From assembly GCA_963755715.1 (NCBI GenBank), contig CAVWLW010000010.1:1-56146 (forward strand): 56,146 nt of DNA, written 5' to 3'. Positions 43,952-53,030 of this stretch are shown here, in pieces; positions within the stretch are counted from its first letter, which is position 1; every line of letters begins with the position of its first letter. Under the pieces are notes generated by a model. It was not told the origin of the DNA and did no database searches. It saw nothing but the letters and a program-made list of their open reading frames with translations. Made by a program: the position numbers and the translations under genes. The stretch comes from an uncultured delta proteobacterium (lineage in GTDB: Bacteria; Desulfobacterota; Binatia; UBA9968).

Positions 43952-46034
43952 TTGTTTGTGTTAGATTATCCGGAGACGAAATTGGCCCCGTCTGCGCTGG
44001 TTTCGGCGTACGAGATCGAGACAGGGATTTTCAAAAGAATTTTCTGCCTATTTCGTCGTGCGCTCTTACCGCTGTTGGTCTGTGCCGGCTACTTTGCCGG
44101 CGCTTTGATCGGCCAGTCGCTTAGATTTCCCGATTCTCATCTTTCGCTGCTCTGGCCCCCCACCGTCGTCGTGTTGGCGGCATTGCTGCTAGCGCCTCCA
44201 CAACAGTGGTGGATAGTTCTGCTTGCCGCCGTTCCGGCGCATGTCGTCGTGCAACTGAAAGACGGCGTGCCGGCCTTGGGGATTCTCAGTCAACTCATTG
44301 GTAACTTCGGTCAGGCGCTCGTAGCGGCGCTGAGTGTTCGCTACTTCGTCAAGGGACGCCTCCAGCTCGACAGTTTTCGCGCCGTTACCATTTTTGTTCT
44401 TTGTGCGGTTATTCTCGCGCCTTTTCTCGTTTCCAGTATTGCCGCCTATCTTTATGTATTGAGCGGCTGGGAGCAGGAATATTGGTATGTATGGCGCGCG
44501 CGGGTTTTATCCAACGCGCTGTCGACCCTGACGATTATTCCGCCGATATTGATGGTTTTCGACCCTCGATCGGCGAAAACTCCCGTGCACGCGTTGGCGG
44601 TACATGGAATTTGGTTTGCTGACGGCCGGTCTTATCGCCGCTGGCTATGCTGCCTTCGGCAAACAAATCGCCGTTCCGACTTTACTCTACGCGCCGCTCC
44701 CCTTTCTATTGTGGGCGGCTGTTCGCTTTGAAATAGGGATCCTTTCTCTCGCTCTCCTTATGGCCTCCTACCTTGCCTTCTTGAGTACCTCGAGTGGTCT
44801 GGGTCCTTTCGCGATGGAGTCGGCAGCCGAAAACGCCCTGTCTCTGCAGTTTTTTTTGATCTCGGTTTTTTTGCCGCTCATGTTCCTATCGGCTTTGATC
44901 AGCGAGCGGCGCAACAAAGAAGAGGCTTTACGCGATAGCGAGGCGCGGTACCGGGCGTTGGTCATGGCCACCGCGAATATGGTCTGGCGCGCCAACGCGG
45001 AAGGCGAGGGCTTCTTGTTGTCCCCACGTTGGCAAGAGCTCACGGGACAGAACGAAGAGGAAATGAGCAACTTTGGTTGGCTTAAGGCTCTTCACCCCAA
45101 GGATCAAGAGCGCAGCGGGCGATTGTGGGAACAGGCAATGACGGAAAAGCGCATGTACGAGAACGAGTTTCAAGTACGCGCTCGCGATCTGAGCTATCGC
45201 CATTTTCATGTTCAAGCAGTGCCGATCATTGCGCCCAACGGCGCGGTGCGCGAATGGATCGGCGCCGCGGTGGACATTACCGAGGAGAAAGAGACGGCAT
45301 TGACGGTGCAGCGGCAACGCGACGAACTCGCGCACGTAGCGAGAATCACCACGATGGGCGAGCTCGCGGCGTCGTTGGCGCATGAGTTGAATCAGCCGCT
45401 CACGGCGATCCTCAGCAACGCCCAGGCCGCGCAGCGTTTCCTCGCTGCCGACCCGACGAATGTCGGAGAGCTCCGGGCCATCCTTCAGGACATCGTGGAA
45501 GACGATCGTCGCGCGGGTGAAGTCATCCGCCGGGTGCGCGAATTGGTCAGAAAAGGCGATCTCGAACTTGCGGTCGTGGATCTTGAAACGATTGTGCGCG
45601 ACGTCGTGACGCTTATTCACACGGACGCGATCCTGCATAAGGTCAATATCCTGCTGCAAATGGAGCCCGGCGCGCCAAAAGTTTACGGCGATAAGGTGCA
45701 GTTACAACAGGTCATCTTAAATTTGTTGCTGAACGCTTTCCAGGCGATGAAAAATTGTCCGGTGACCGAACGCCAGGTGACCGTGCGAACCGAATTGGAC
45801 ACTCATAGCGCAATCGTCGCGGTGCGGGACCGCGGCGAGGGGCTGAAAGACGGTCAGCTCGAAAAGATTTTTCAACCTTTCTATACGACCAAAACTAATG
45901 GCCTCGGTCTGGGGCTCGCTATCAGTCGCTCGATCGTCGAAGCCCACGGCGGGCGGCTATGGGCGCAGAACAATCCCGATCGCGGTGCGACGATCGGCTT
46001 CACCGTGCCATTAGACGAGAGAGAAATTCGATGA
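43952..46034 (+). CDS. MASE1-PAS sensor histidine kinase (frameshift near 44595)
   Basis: Multi-TM N-terminus (LLWPP, PFLLWAAVRF), one PAS, AHELNQPL, GLGLGLAIS. Confidence 0.88.
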
Positions 46035-46753
46035 TGAAACCCATGAATTCTGTAGCGACGGAGAAAAGCGCGTCGAGTCCTGCACTTGCCGCCGCATCCA
46101 GCGTATTTTTAGTCGATGACGATGCTTCGGTGCGACGAGCTTTGGCGCGTCTGATCAAGTCTGCGGGACATAACGTGCAAACTTTTGCCTCGGCGCGAGA
46201 GTTTCTCGACACCCAAGCCGGCGGCGAAGAAGCAGCCTGCCTCGTGCTCGACGTTCGTATGCCGGGTGTCACCGGCATAGACCTACAGCGGGAATTACAA
46301 ACTTTGAACCGCGATGTTCCGATCGTTTTCATCACCGGCCATGGCGACATCCCGATGAGCGTCAAGGCCATGAAGGCCGGCGCCGTGGATTTTCTGCCCA
46401 AGCCGGTCAAGGACACGGATCTGTTGCGCGCAATCGAACAAGCTCTCGCTCGCGCTTGGCGCGATCGTGCCGCGCGCAAAGAATTGGCAGACGTCGAAAG
46501 CCGCGTCGAAAAGTTGACGGCCCGTGAGCGCGAAGTAATGGCTCTGGTGGCGCGCGGGCTGCCGAACAAACGGATCGCTTTTGAACTCGGCACAGTGGAA
46601 AAAACCATCAAAGTCCATCGCGCCCGGATCATGCATAAAATGCAAGTCCAATCTTTGGCCGACTTGGTTCGTGCAACCGAAAAACTTAGATTGCTGCCAA
46701 AACCCAGAGCCACGGAGCCAGCATCGGCACCAGTGATACGCGATCGATTGTGA
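46031..46753 (+). CDS. FixJ/NodW/TodT-like response regulator (REC plus LuxR HTH)
   Basis: FLVDDD, CLVLDVRMP, ITGHGDIPMSVKAMKAGAVDFL.KP, LTAREREV, TIKVHR. Confidence 0.93.
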   Translation: MMKPMNSVATEKSASSPALAAASSVFLVDDDASVRRALARLIKSAGHNVQTFASAREFLDTQAGGEEAACLVLDVRMPGVTGIDLQRELQTLNRDVPIVFITGHGDIPMSVKAMKAGAVDFLPKPVKDTDLLRAIEQALARAWRDRAARKELADVESRVEKLTAREREVMALVARGLPNKRIAFELGTVEKTIKVHRARIMHKMQVQSLADLVRATEKLRLLPKPRATEPASAPVIRDRL

Positions 46754-46892
46754 TTTGCCGGTTTTTAAGAAAGCGGACATCGATAGACATTCAAGGACAA
46801 AATCAGCATCGGGCATCGGCTTTAGTCCCCAATGAGCCGCCAAATCTTGGATTAGATCCGCGTCCACAAATCACCGCCGCCTCCCCCTCCCC

Positions 46893-46912
46893 ATTGGACT
46901 AAGGTCCAATAT
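46893..46912. promoter_or_regulatory. second copy of the palindromic operator (ATTGGACTAAGGTCCAATAT)
   Basis: Its reverse complement ATATTGGACCTTAGTCCAAT differs at one position from 40496-40515. Confidence 0.65.
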
Positions 46913-47020
46913 ACACGCTTCGCACGCTTCGCTAGAATCCGTCACTGCACTGCACCGCAGTAGAGTGATTTTTGTTCCCAACGCGATTTGCGTTAGGGGG
47001 TTGTCACGAGAAGTAAACCA

Positions 47021-47413
47021 TTGATCGCTGTTGTCGATGATGACGAGTCTGTCTGTCGAGCTTTGAAGCGTCTTGTCCGCTCGCTGGGGATGGATGCCGA
47101 TACGTTTGCTTCGGGTCGTCAGTTTCTCGACCTTATAGAAGCCATGCCGTCGTTAGCGCTCGACTGTGTTGTGCTGGATGTCCAGATGCCGGGCCTGAGC
47201 GGTCTGCAGGTGCAAGAACAGCTAACGAGAAGCGGTCATCGATTCCCGGTGATCTTTATCACCGCGCATGATGATCCTCTGGTGCGCGAACAAGCGCTAG
47301 CGGCTGGGGCTTTGGCCTTCGTCCGCAAGCCGTTTAACGATGAGCTCTTGATCAAGACGTTAAACGTGGCAATCGAACGCAATAGCCATGAAGACGATGG
47401 GGATAAGCGCTGA
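47021..47413 (+). CDS. single-domain response regulator (receiver only)
   Basis: IAVVDDD, VLDVQMP, FITAH, RKPF. Confidence 0.9.
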   Translation: MIAVVDDDESVCRALKRLVRSLGMDADTFASGRQFLDLIEAMPSLALDCVVLDVQMPGLSGLQVQEQLTRSGHRFPVIFITAHDDPLVREQALAAGALAFVRKPFNDELLIKTLNVAIERNSHEDDGDKR

Positions 47414-47646
47414 CGCATGTTGCCAGATCCCATCATGGACGCCGGCTAGGAAGGTTATTTCAAGGATGAGGATGAAAGGAAAAACAATGCAAAGGAACTT
47501 ATAAATCGGCGGTCGAATCGGGGGTATCGAGGGGGAAGATGGCCCCCGGTAGCGGGGAGATTTTAACGTCGACCTGCGAGGGGATGATGCATCGCAACAA
47601 AGTTAAATCATAGACCACAAAAAAATAACTGATTAAGGAGATTTCG

Positions 47647-48345
47647 ATGACACAATCAAATGGATTTGCGCGAGCAACCGCGCTGTTGTTTTTTTCACTT
47701 CAATTTTTTGCCTCCGGCTGTCTGGCGACTCAAGATTGGGTCAAAACCTATGTCCCAGAGCAACTGTTCCCGGTGAACAAGAGAATCTCTGACACCGAGG
47801 CTAATGTGACCCAGTTGGGGGGCCAGGTCCAAACGATGTCCAAGCAGATCGCGGACATTGACAGCCGACTGAACCAGACCACGGCCAAGGCAGATCAAGC
47901 CTTGGACAATCTTCAACGACTCAAGCTCGACAGAAAGCTGGTCCTCGACCTAAGGCAAGGCGCATTTTTTTCCACCAATTCAACCGTTCTTACCGACCAA
48001 TCTAAAAAAGAGATAGACAGTTTTTTGAGTGATGTGAGCGGAGATGCAGGCGGTACGAGTGGCCTCATGTTTGTTGTGGCCGGCTATACCGACAACACAG
48101 GCAGTGCGAAATACAACTACGAATTGGCATTGCTCAGGGCAGTAAATGCGGCCAGTTATCTTACGACCGACAAGAAGATCGAGCCCGGGCGCATGATGGT
48201 AATGTCCTACGGAGAGAAGTCGCCAGTGGCGGATAATGCGACGGACGCCGGACGCGCCAAAAATCGCCGGGTCGAGATCCTTGTTTACAGGGACGCCATT
48301 ACCGTTGGCTCCGCCGCACCGGCGGCCCCCCCGAAGTTGAAATAG
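47647..48345 (+). CDS. OmpA-family lipoprotein with coiled-coil N-terminus
   Basis: Lipobox-like ASGC; GYTDNTG..YN..L...RA, SYGE..P, NRRVEI. Confidence 0.9.
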   Translation: MTQSNGFARATALLFFSLQFFASGCLATQDWVKTYVPEQLFPVNKRISDTEANVTQLGGQVQTMSKQIADIDSRLNQTTAKADQALDNLQRLKLDRKLVLDLRQGAFFSTNSTVLTDQSKKEIDSFLSDVSGDAGGTSGLMFVVAGYTDNTGSAKYNYELALLRAVNAASYLTTDKKIEPGRMMVMSYGEKSPVADNATDAGRAKNRRVEILVYRDAITVGSAAPAAPPKLK

Positions 48346-48403
48346 CGTAGTGATCTACCGTCCAATTGTCGGACATGTTTCGTTTCAAGAGGGGTAAGCC
48401 GAA

Positions 48404-48845
48404 ATGACTTACAAGCTCTTTAGACGGGTAGGCGCCGTGTGGACCGTCGTATTGTTCATGGCCGTGGCGGCTTCGGAACTCCACGCGATCGACAGCAAGG
48501 GCCGGTCTTTTGCCTATGGCGTAGGCCAGAGAACGCTGTGAGGACTACGTCAAGTTTAGGGAGAAACGGCTCGAGACGCTCGAGAAGCACGAGCGCTACA
48601 CGAAAGACGAGCTCTACGAGATCGTCGACAAGATCGTCGAGCATTGGATCGCCGGCTTTCTCACGGCGCACAACTTCTACGTGGCGGATACCTATGATGT
48701 CGCCGGAAAGTCGGGCATGGACGATTTGAAAGCGCGGCTGGAGAAGAGCTGCCGGAGCAACCCGAAACAACTTTTCGCCGAGGCCATGATCACGCTGATG
48801 CAGGAGCTCAATCCCCAACGGGTGAAAACAGACGCCGGGAAATGA
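48404..48845 (+). CDS. secreted two-cysteine helical protein (frameshift near 48535; absent from ORF track)
   Basis: Stitched: MTYKLFRRVGAVWTVVLFMAVAASELHAIDSKGRSFAYGVGQRT/CEDY...WIAGFLTAHN...CRSNP..FAEAMITL...stop. Confidence 0.65.
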
Positions 48846-48911
48846 GAGAGAGAGATTTTAATCAATGGATAACGGCGAGGACACATACCTGGGAATTCCA
48901 AGGGACGAGAG

Positions 48912-49247
48912 ATGAAGAAAACGGTCACGACAGTATCGACAATCTTATTGACTCTGTTTTTCCTTGGTTGCTCTGAGCCGCTGACGACAAGAGAAAAAGG
49001 CGCGGGCATCGGAACTTTAGCCGGAGCCGGTTTAGGCGCGATCATCGGCAGCGCTACCGGCAACGCCGGCGCCGGCGCCGGCATCGGCGCCGCTGTCGGC
49101 TTGCTCGGCGGCGCCTTGATCGGTGATCAGATGCAAGCGCGGCAAAAGCAAGAACAAGATCTGCAACAGCAGATGGCGGCACAGCAAGCTGAGATCGACC
49201 GGGCAAATAGGGAGATCCAGCAGCTCAAAGCGCAACAAGCGCGGTAG
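48912..49247 (+). CDS. glycine-zipper lipoprotein
   Basis: Lipobox FLGC; GAGIGTLAGAGLGAIIG..GAGIGAAVGLLGGALIG; Q-rich coiled coil. Confidence 0.88.
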   Translation: MKKTVTTVSTILLTLFFLGCSEPLTTREKGAGIGTLAGAGLGAIIGSATGNAGAGAGIGAAVGLLGGALIGDQMQARQKQEQDLQQQMAAQQAEIDRANREIQQLKAQQAR

Positions 49248-49478
49248 TGAGGGGAATTCTCCGAGTTAGAAGAGCATACACGGTTCGCAACTTCGTGATC
49301 GATAACCGACGAGTCCAGCACTGATGACCTTGCGTCAAAGCCAAGAACCCATCCTGTCAGCTACCGATATGAGGTCGCAACTGATGGATAGCAATAAACC
49401 TTCTCTCTTCCGATCATTGCGCTGCTAGCGACACGCTCCGTCAACATTCTCTGAGCGGGTTTCACGGTGTGGTGAGGC

Positions 49479-49634
49479 CAGATCGATCCGTCGGGGAACG
49501 TCTGGTTAACGAACAACTGGAAGATCGACAGCGATGGGTTCGTGAATCCGGGTGGGAATGCCGTCGTGATCGCCATCGGCGCGGCCGCACCGGTGAAGAC
49601 GCCACTGATCGGGCCGCCAGTTTCGTTTAAATAA
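49479..49634 (+). pseudogene. C-terminal remnant of an NHL/beta-propeller repeat protein
   Basis: QIDPSGNVWLTNNW...GGNAVVIAIGAAAPVKTPLIGPP-stop, with no upstream coding continuation. Confidence 0.6.
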
Positions 49635-50084
49635 GTTCCGAGCGAGCCAGCCTCTTGGGCAGTTGCGCCGTTCGACGACGCTGCCTGAGGATAGGGTTGC
49701 CTCGGGAATCATTATGGGAATTGGCGATGGGAGTTGAAGTAATAGCCACTCATTTTCCGTTTGCCCATATCCACCCCGCTGTTGTAATAAACTGCGTCGC
49801 GCACTCGATAGAGAAGGATGCTTTGATGAGAAACGATTTAATCCAATTTCAACCCACGGACCTCGTGTACGAAGTCGGGCGACTCCACTGGCGTGGATAA
49901 CCCAAGAGTCCGGGTTTTTTGCGAATATGCGCCTTATACGTGTCACCCTGGCTCGTATCTGTTGAGAGAAAACTCTCGCGTAGTATCTGTCGTGAAAAGA
50001 CAACCGCGCATGGAAACCATCGCTGGCCTCGATTGTGATCTGCAGTCCCTTCCGGAAATTCCCTACAGAGCCAGGGCGCACTTG

Positions 50085-51668
50085 ATGCGGAATCCGAGAG
50101 GTCCGCTGATACTGATCCTCGCGCTGGCATTGCTGACTCAAGGGTGTTTACTCGGACCGAACTTCAAGTCCCCGCCAGTAGGTATTGCCGATCGATGGAT
50201 GGAAGAAGGGAACAAATCGATGGACTCCAGCGCGGCGGAGCATCGAGATTGGTGGACGGTATTCAACGATCCCGTCCTGAGCGACTTGATCCAGCTCGCG
50301 TATCAGCAGAATCTCACGTTGAAAACCGCCGGAGTACGAGTACTGGAAGCACGCGCGCGCCTTGGAATCGCTATCGGTGAGTTCTACCCGCAAAAACAGC
50401 TGGTCGGCGCATCGTTAACTCATAATCAAATTCCCATTTCGTTGCCGCAAAACATCATTACCAATACCTACTGGTCAGACCAATTCGGCGCTCAGGCCGC
50501 ATGGGAGCTGGATTTCTGGGGTAAGCTGCGCCGCGCCATCGAATCGGCCGATCGTGCATTCTTGGCTTCGGTTGCCAGCTACGATGATGTTCTGGTGACC
50601 TTGGTGGCGGATGTTGCCAGCGCATACGTGAAGATTCGGACCACCGAACGGCAAATCGCCATCGCCCGTGACAACATCACGCGTCAGCGCACGGCCCTGA
50701 AGCTCGCCACGGTCAAATTCCAGTATGGCACGGTCGCCAGGCGTGACGTTTATCAGGCCGAGAATGTTCTCGGCGCTACCGAGGCGACGATCCCGCAGTT
50801 GAATATACAACTCGCACAGACAAAAGACGCGCTCAGTGTATTGCTCGGCATGCCGCCAGGGCCGCTGGATAATTTGCTGGCTGGCGCCGGCGATATTCCA
50901 ACCAGTCCCGAACAGGTGATTGTCGGCATTCCCGCAGATCTGCTCCGCCGTCGGCCCGATGTCAGGCGCGCGGAACTCCAGGCGGCTGCGCAGTCGGCGC
51001 AGATTGGCGTCGCCAAAGCCGGCCTGTTTCCAACTTTTGCTCTGGTCGGCAATGTTGGCACGCTGGCGACCGATGTCGGTACCAACAGTCTCGGCGATCT
51101 TTTCTCGCGCGGCAGTTTCCTTTACAGCGCCGGCCCGAGTGTGCAATGGAACATTTTGAACTACGGGCAAATTACCAATAACGTGCGGGTGCAGGACGCT
51201 AAATTTCAGCAACTGCTCATCGACTACCAAAACACAGTCCTGAAAGCGCAGCAGGAAGTGGAGGACGGCATCGCGGCATTTATTTACTCGCGCGAGCAGG
51301 CAAATTTTCTGCGACAAAGCGTCGGCGCGGCTGAAGGGGCCTTGAGAATTGCGATGCTCCAATACCGCGAAGGCATTGCCGATTTCACCACCGTTCTCAC
51401 CGCAGAGCAAAACCTCTATCAAGCGCAGAATAATCTCGCCCTCGCTACGGGAAGCATCGCCTTGGGACTGATTACGACGTACCGCGCATTGGGCGGCGGA
51501 TGGCAGATTCGCGAAGGCAAAGACTTTATTCCTGCCGAAACGCAGCAGGAGATGCGTGAGCGGACCAACTGGGGCACTTTGCTGACGCCCGAGTTGCTCA
51601 AGCCCCAAGCGCCGGGACTTCCCTCGCCTCAGGACCAAGGACCGCCAGTCCGATTGCCTGAATGGTGA
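50085..51668 (+). CDS. RND efflux outer-membrane lipoprotein (NodT/OprM family)
   Basis: Lipobox TQGC.LGP, WW..FNDP.L, WELDFWGKLRR, GIPADLLRRRPDVR.AE, YRALGGGW. Confidence 0.93.
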   Translation: MRNPRGPLILILALALLTQGCLLGPNFKSPPVGIADRWMEEGNKSMDSSAAEHRDWWTVFNDPVLSDLIQLAYQQNLTLKTAGVRVLEARARLGIAIGEFYPQKQLVGASLTHNQIPISLPQNIITNTYWSDQFGAQAAWELDFWGKLRRAIESADRAFLASVASYDDVLVTLVADVASAYVKIRTTERQIAIARDNITRQRTALKLATVKFQYGTVARRDVYQAENVLGATEATIPQLNIQLAQTKDALSVLLGMPPGPLDNLLAGAGDIPTSPEQVIVGIPADLLRRRPDVRRAELQAAAQSAQIGVAKAGLFPTFALVGNVGTLATDVGTNSLGDLFSRGSFLYSAGPSVQWNILNYGQITNNVRVQDAKFQQLLIDYQNTVLKAQQEVEDGIAAFIYSREQANFLRQSVGAAEGALRIAMLQYREGIADFTTVLTAEQNLYQAQNNLALATGSIALGLITTYRALGGGWQIREGKDFIPAETQQEMRERTNWGTLLTPELLKPQAPGLPSPQDQGPPVRLPEW

Positions 51669-51745
51669 CGATCCGACGGCAACTTTCAGGCTGGTCCGGT
51701 CAAAAGGAGCAACCCACAGCCGTAATGAAAGGGAGGATTTCATAG

Positions 51746-52912
51746 GTGCGTTTGCGGCATGATACGTTTTGGTTGCTAATCCTCATCAGTGTGGGCGTCG
51801 TCGGCTGCCGCTCCAATCCTGGTACTTCGACAGCGGTGCCCGCGACGGTTACGGTCGCCAAGCCCGCTACCCAGAGCGTGACCGAATATCTCAATTTCAC
51901 CGGCAATACCGCTGCGAGTGATTCCGTGACGCTGGTGGCGCGCGTCGAAGGATATTTGGAAAAAGTCCACTTTAAGGACGGTGCCCCGGTCAAGAGCGGC
52001 GATCTCCTGTTCACCATTCAGCAGGATCAGTATAAAGCGCAGCTTCAACAGGCGAACGCGCAAGTCGCCGCGCAGCAGGCAGCGCTGGGGCACGCGAAAG
52101 AAGAGCTGGCTCGCTATACGGGCTTGTTTAAAGAGGATGCCGCGCCGCAAACCCAAGTGGATCGCTGGCAATATGAGAGAGACTCTGCCGCCGCGGCGCT
52201 GCTCTCCGCCCAGGCGCAGGTCGAACTCGCCAAGCTGAATCTTGGCTATACCCAGATAAAAGCACCCTTTGATGGCAGGATCGGCAGACACCTGGTGGAT
52301 CCCGGAAATGTTGTCGGCGCGGCCGGCGTCCGCACATCTCTGGCCGAGATAGAACGCATCGATCCCCTCTACGTCTATTTCACGATCAACGAGCGCGATC
52401 TGCTGCGCGTGATCGAGCACAGGAAACAGACCTCCGCGCCGCCCATAGCGGAAAGACGCATTCCGATTTTTTTCGCACTGTCCAACGAGGAAGGGTATCC
52501 CCATGAAGGCCGCCTGGATTTTGCTTCCATCAGCGTCGCGCCGACGACGGGTACTCTACAGGCGCGCGGTATCTTCGCCAATCCGGATCGCAGCGTTCTC
52601 CCCGGGCTCTTCGTGCGCGTGCGTATACCCGCGCTGGAGAAGAAAAACGCGCTGCTGGTTCCCGGAGACGCCGTGAGTTTCGATCAGCAGGGGGAGTATG
52701 TCCTGGTCGTCAATGACAAGAACGTCGTCGAGCGCCGGGGCGTCAAGACCGGATCTCAGGTTGGCGGCATGCTGGTGATTGGAGAGGGACTCAAACCTGA
52801 GGATCGGGTCATCGTCGAGGGCCTCCTGCAAGCGATTCCGGGTCGGGCGGTGAAGCCGCAGCAAGCCGAAAAACTTTCCTCGCCTGCAGAAAGCAAAAAG
52901 AGCCCAGAATGA
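51746..52912 (+). CDS. RND efflux periplasmic adaptor (MFP)
   Basis: ARVEGYL, VKSGDLLF.I, LGYTQIKAPFDGRIG, TGT...R..FANP, LPG.F. Confidence 0.93.
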   Translation: MRLRHDTFWLLILISVGVVGCRSNPGTSTAVPATVTVAKPATQSVTEYLNFTGNTAASDSVTLVARVEGYLEKVHFKDGAPVKSGDLLFTIQQDQYKAQLQQANAQVAAQQAALGHAKEELARYTGLFKEDAAPQTQVDRWQYERDSAAAALLSAQAQVELAKLNLGYTQIKAPFDGRIGRHLVDPGNVVGAAGVRTSLAEIERIDPLYVYFTINERDLLRVIEHRKQTSAPPIAERRIPIFFALSNEEGYPHEGRLDFASISVAPTTGTLQARGIFANPDRSVLPGLFVRVRIPALEKKNALLVPGDAVSFDQQGEYVLVVNDKNVVERRGVKTGSQVGGMLVIGEGLKPEDRVIVEGLLQAIPGRAVKPQQAEKLSSPAESKKSPE

Positions 52913-53030
52913 GGGATGTCGAAGAAGTCGAGGCATCCGTGGATGATACCGGGTCCCCATCTTCGTGCGATAACTCTGCTGCGTGTCCCTTCAATTAGTT
53001 AAAAGATAGTCAAAGACAAAACTCATCGTC

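Noticed and set aside
47414-47646. Riboswitch or ncRNA upstream of the OmpA-like gene
   Set aside because: Only short G/C stems are visible and I can support no known consensus; an Rfam/Infernal scan would be needed.
49635-50084. ORFs 49655-49900, 49506-50141 and the N-terminal extension of the NodT ORF
   Set aside because: No recognisable motifs or RBS. The NodT lipoprotein signal places the start near 50085.
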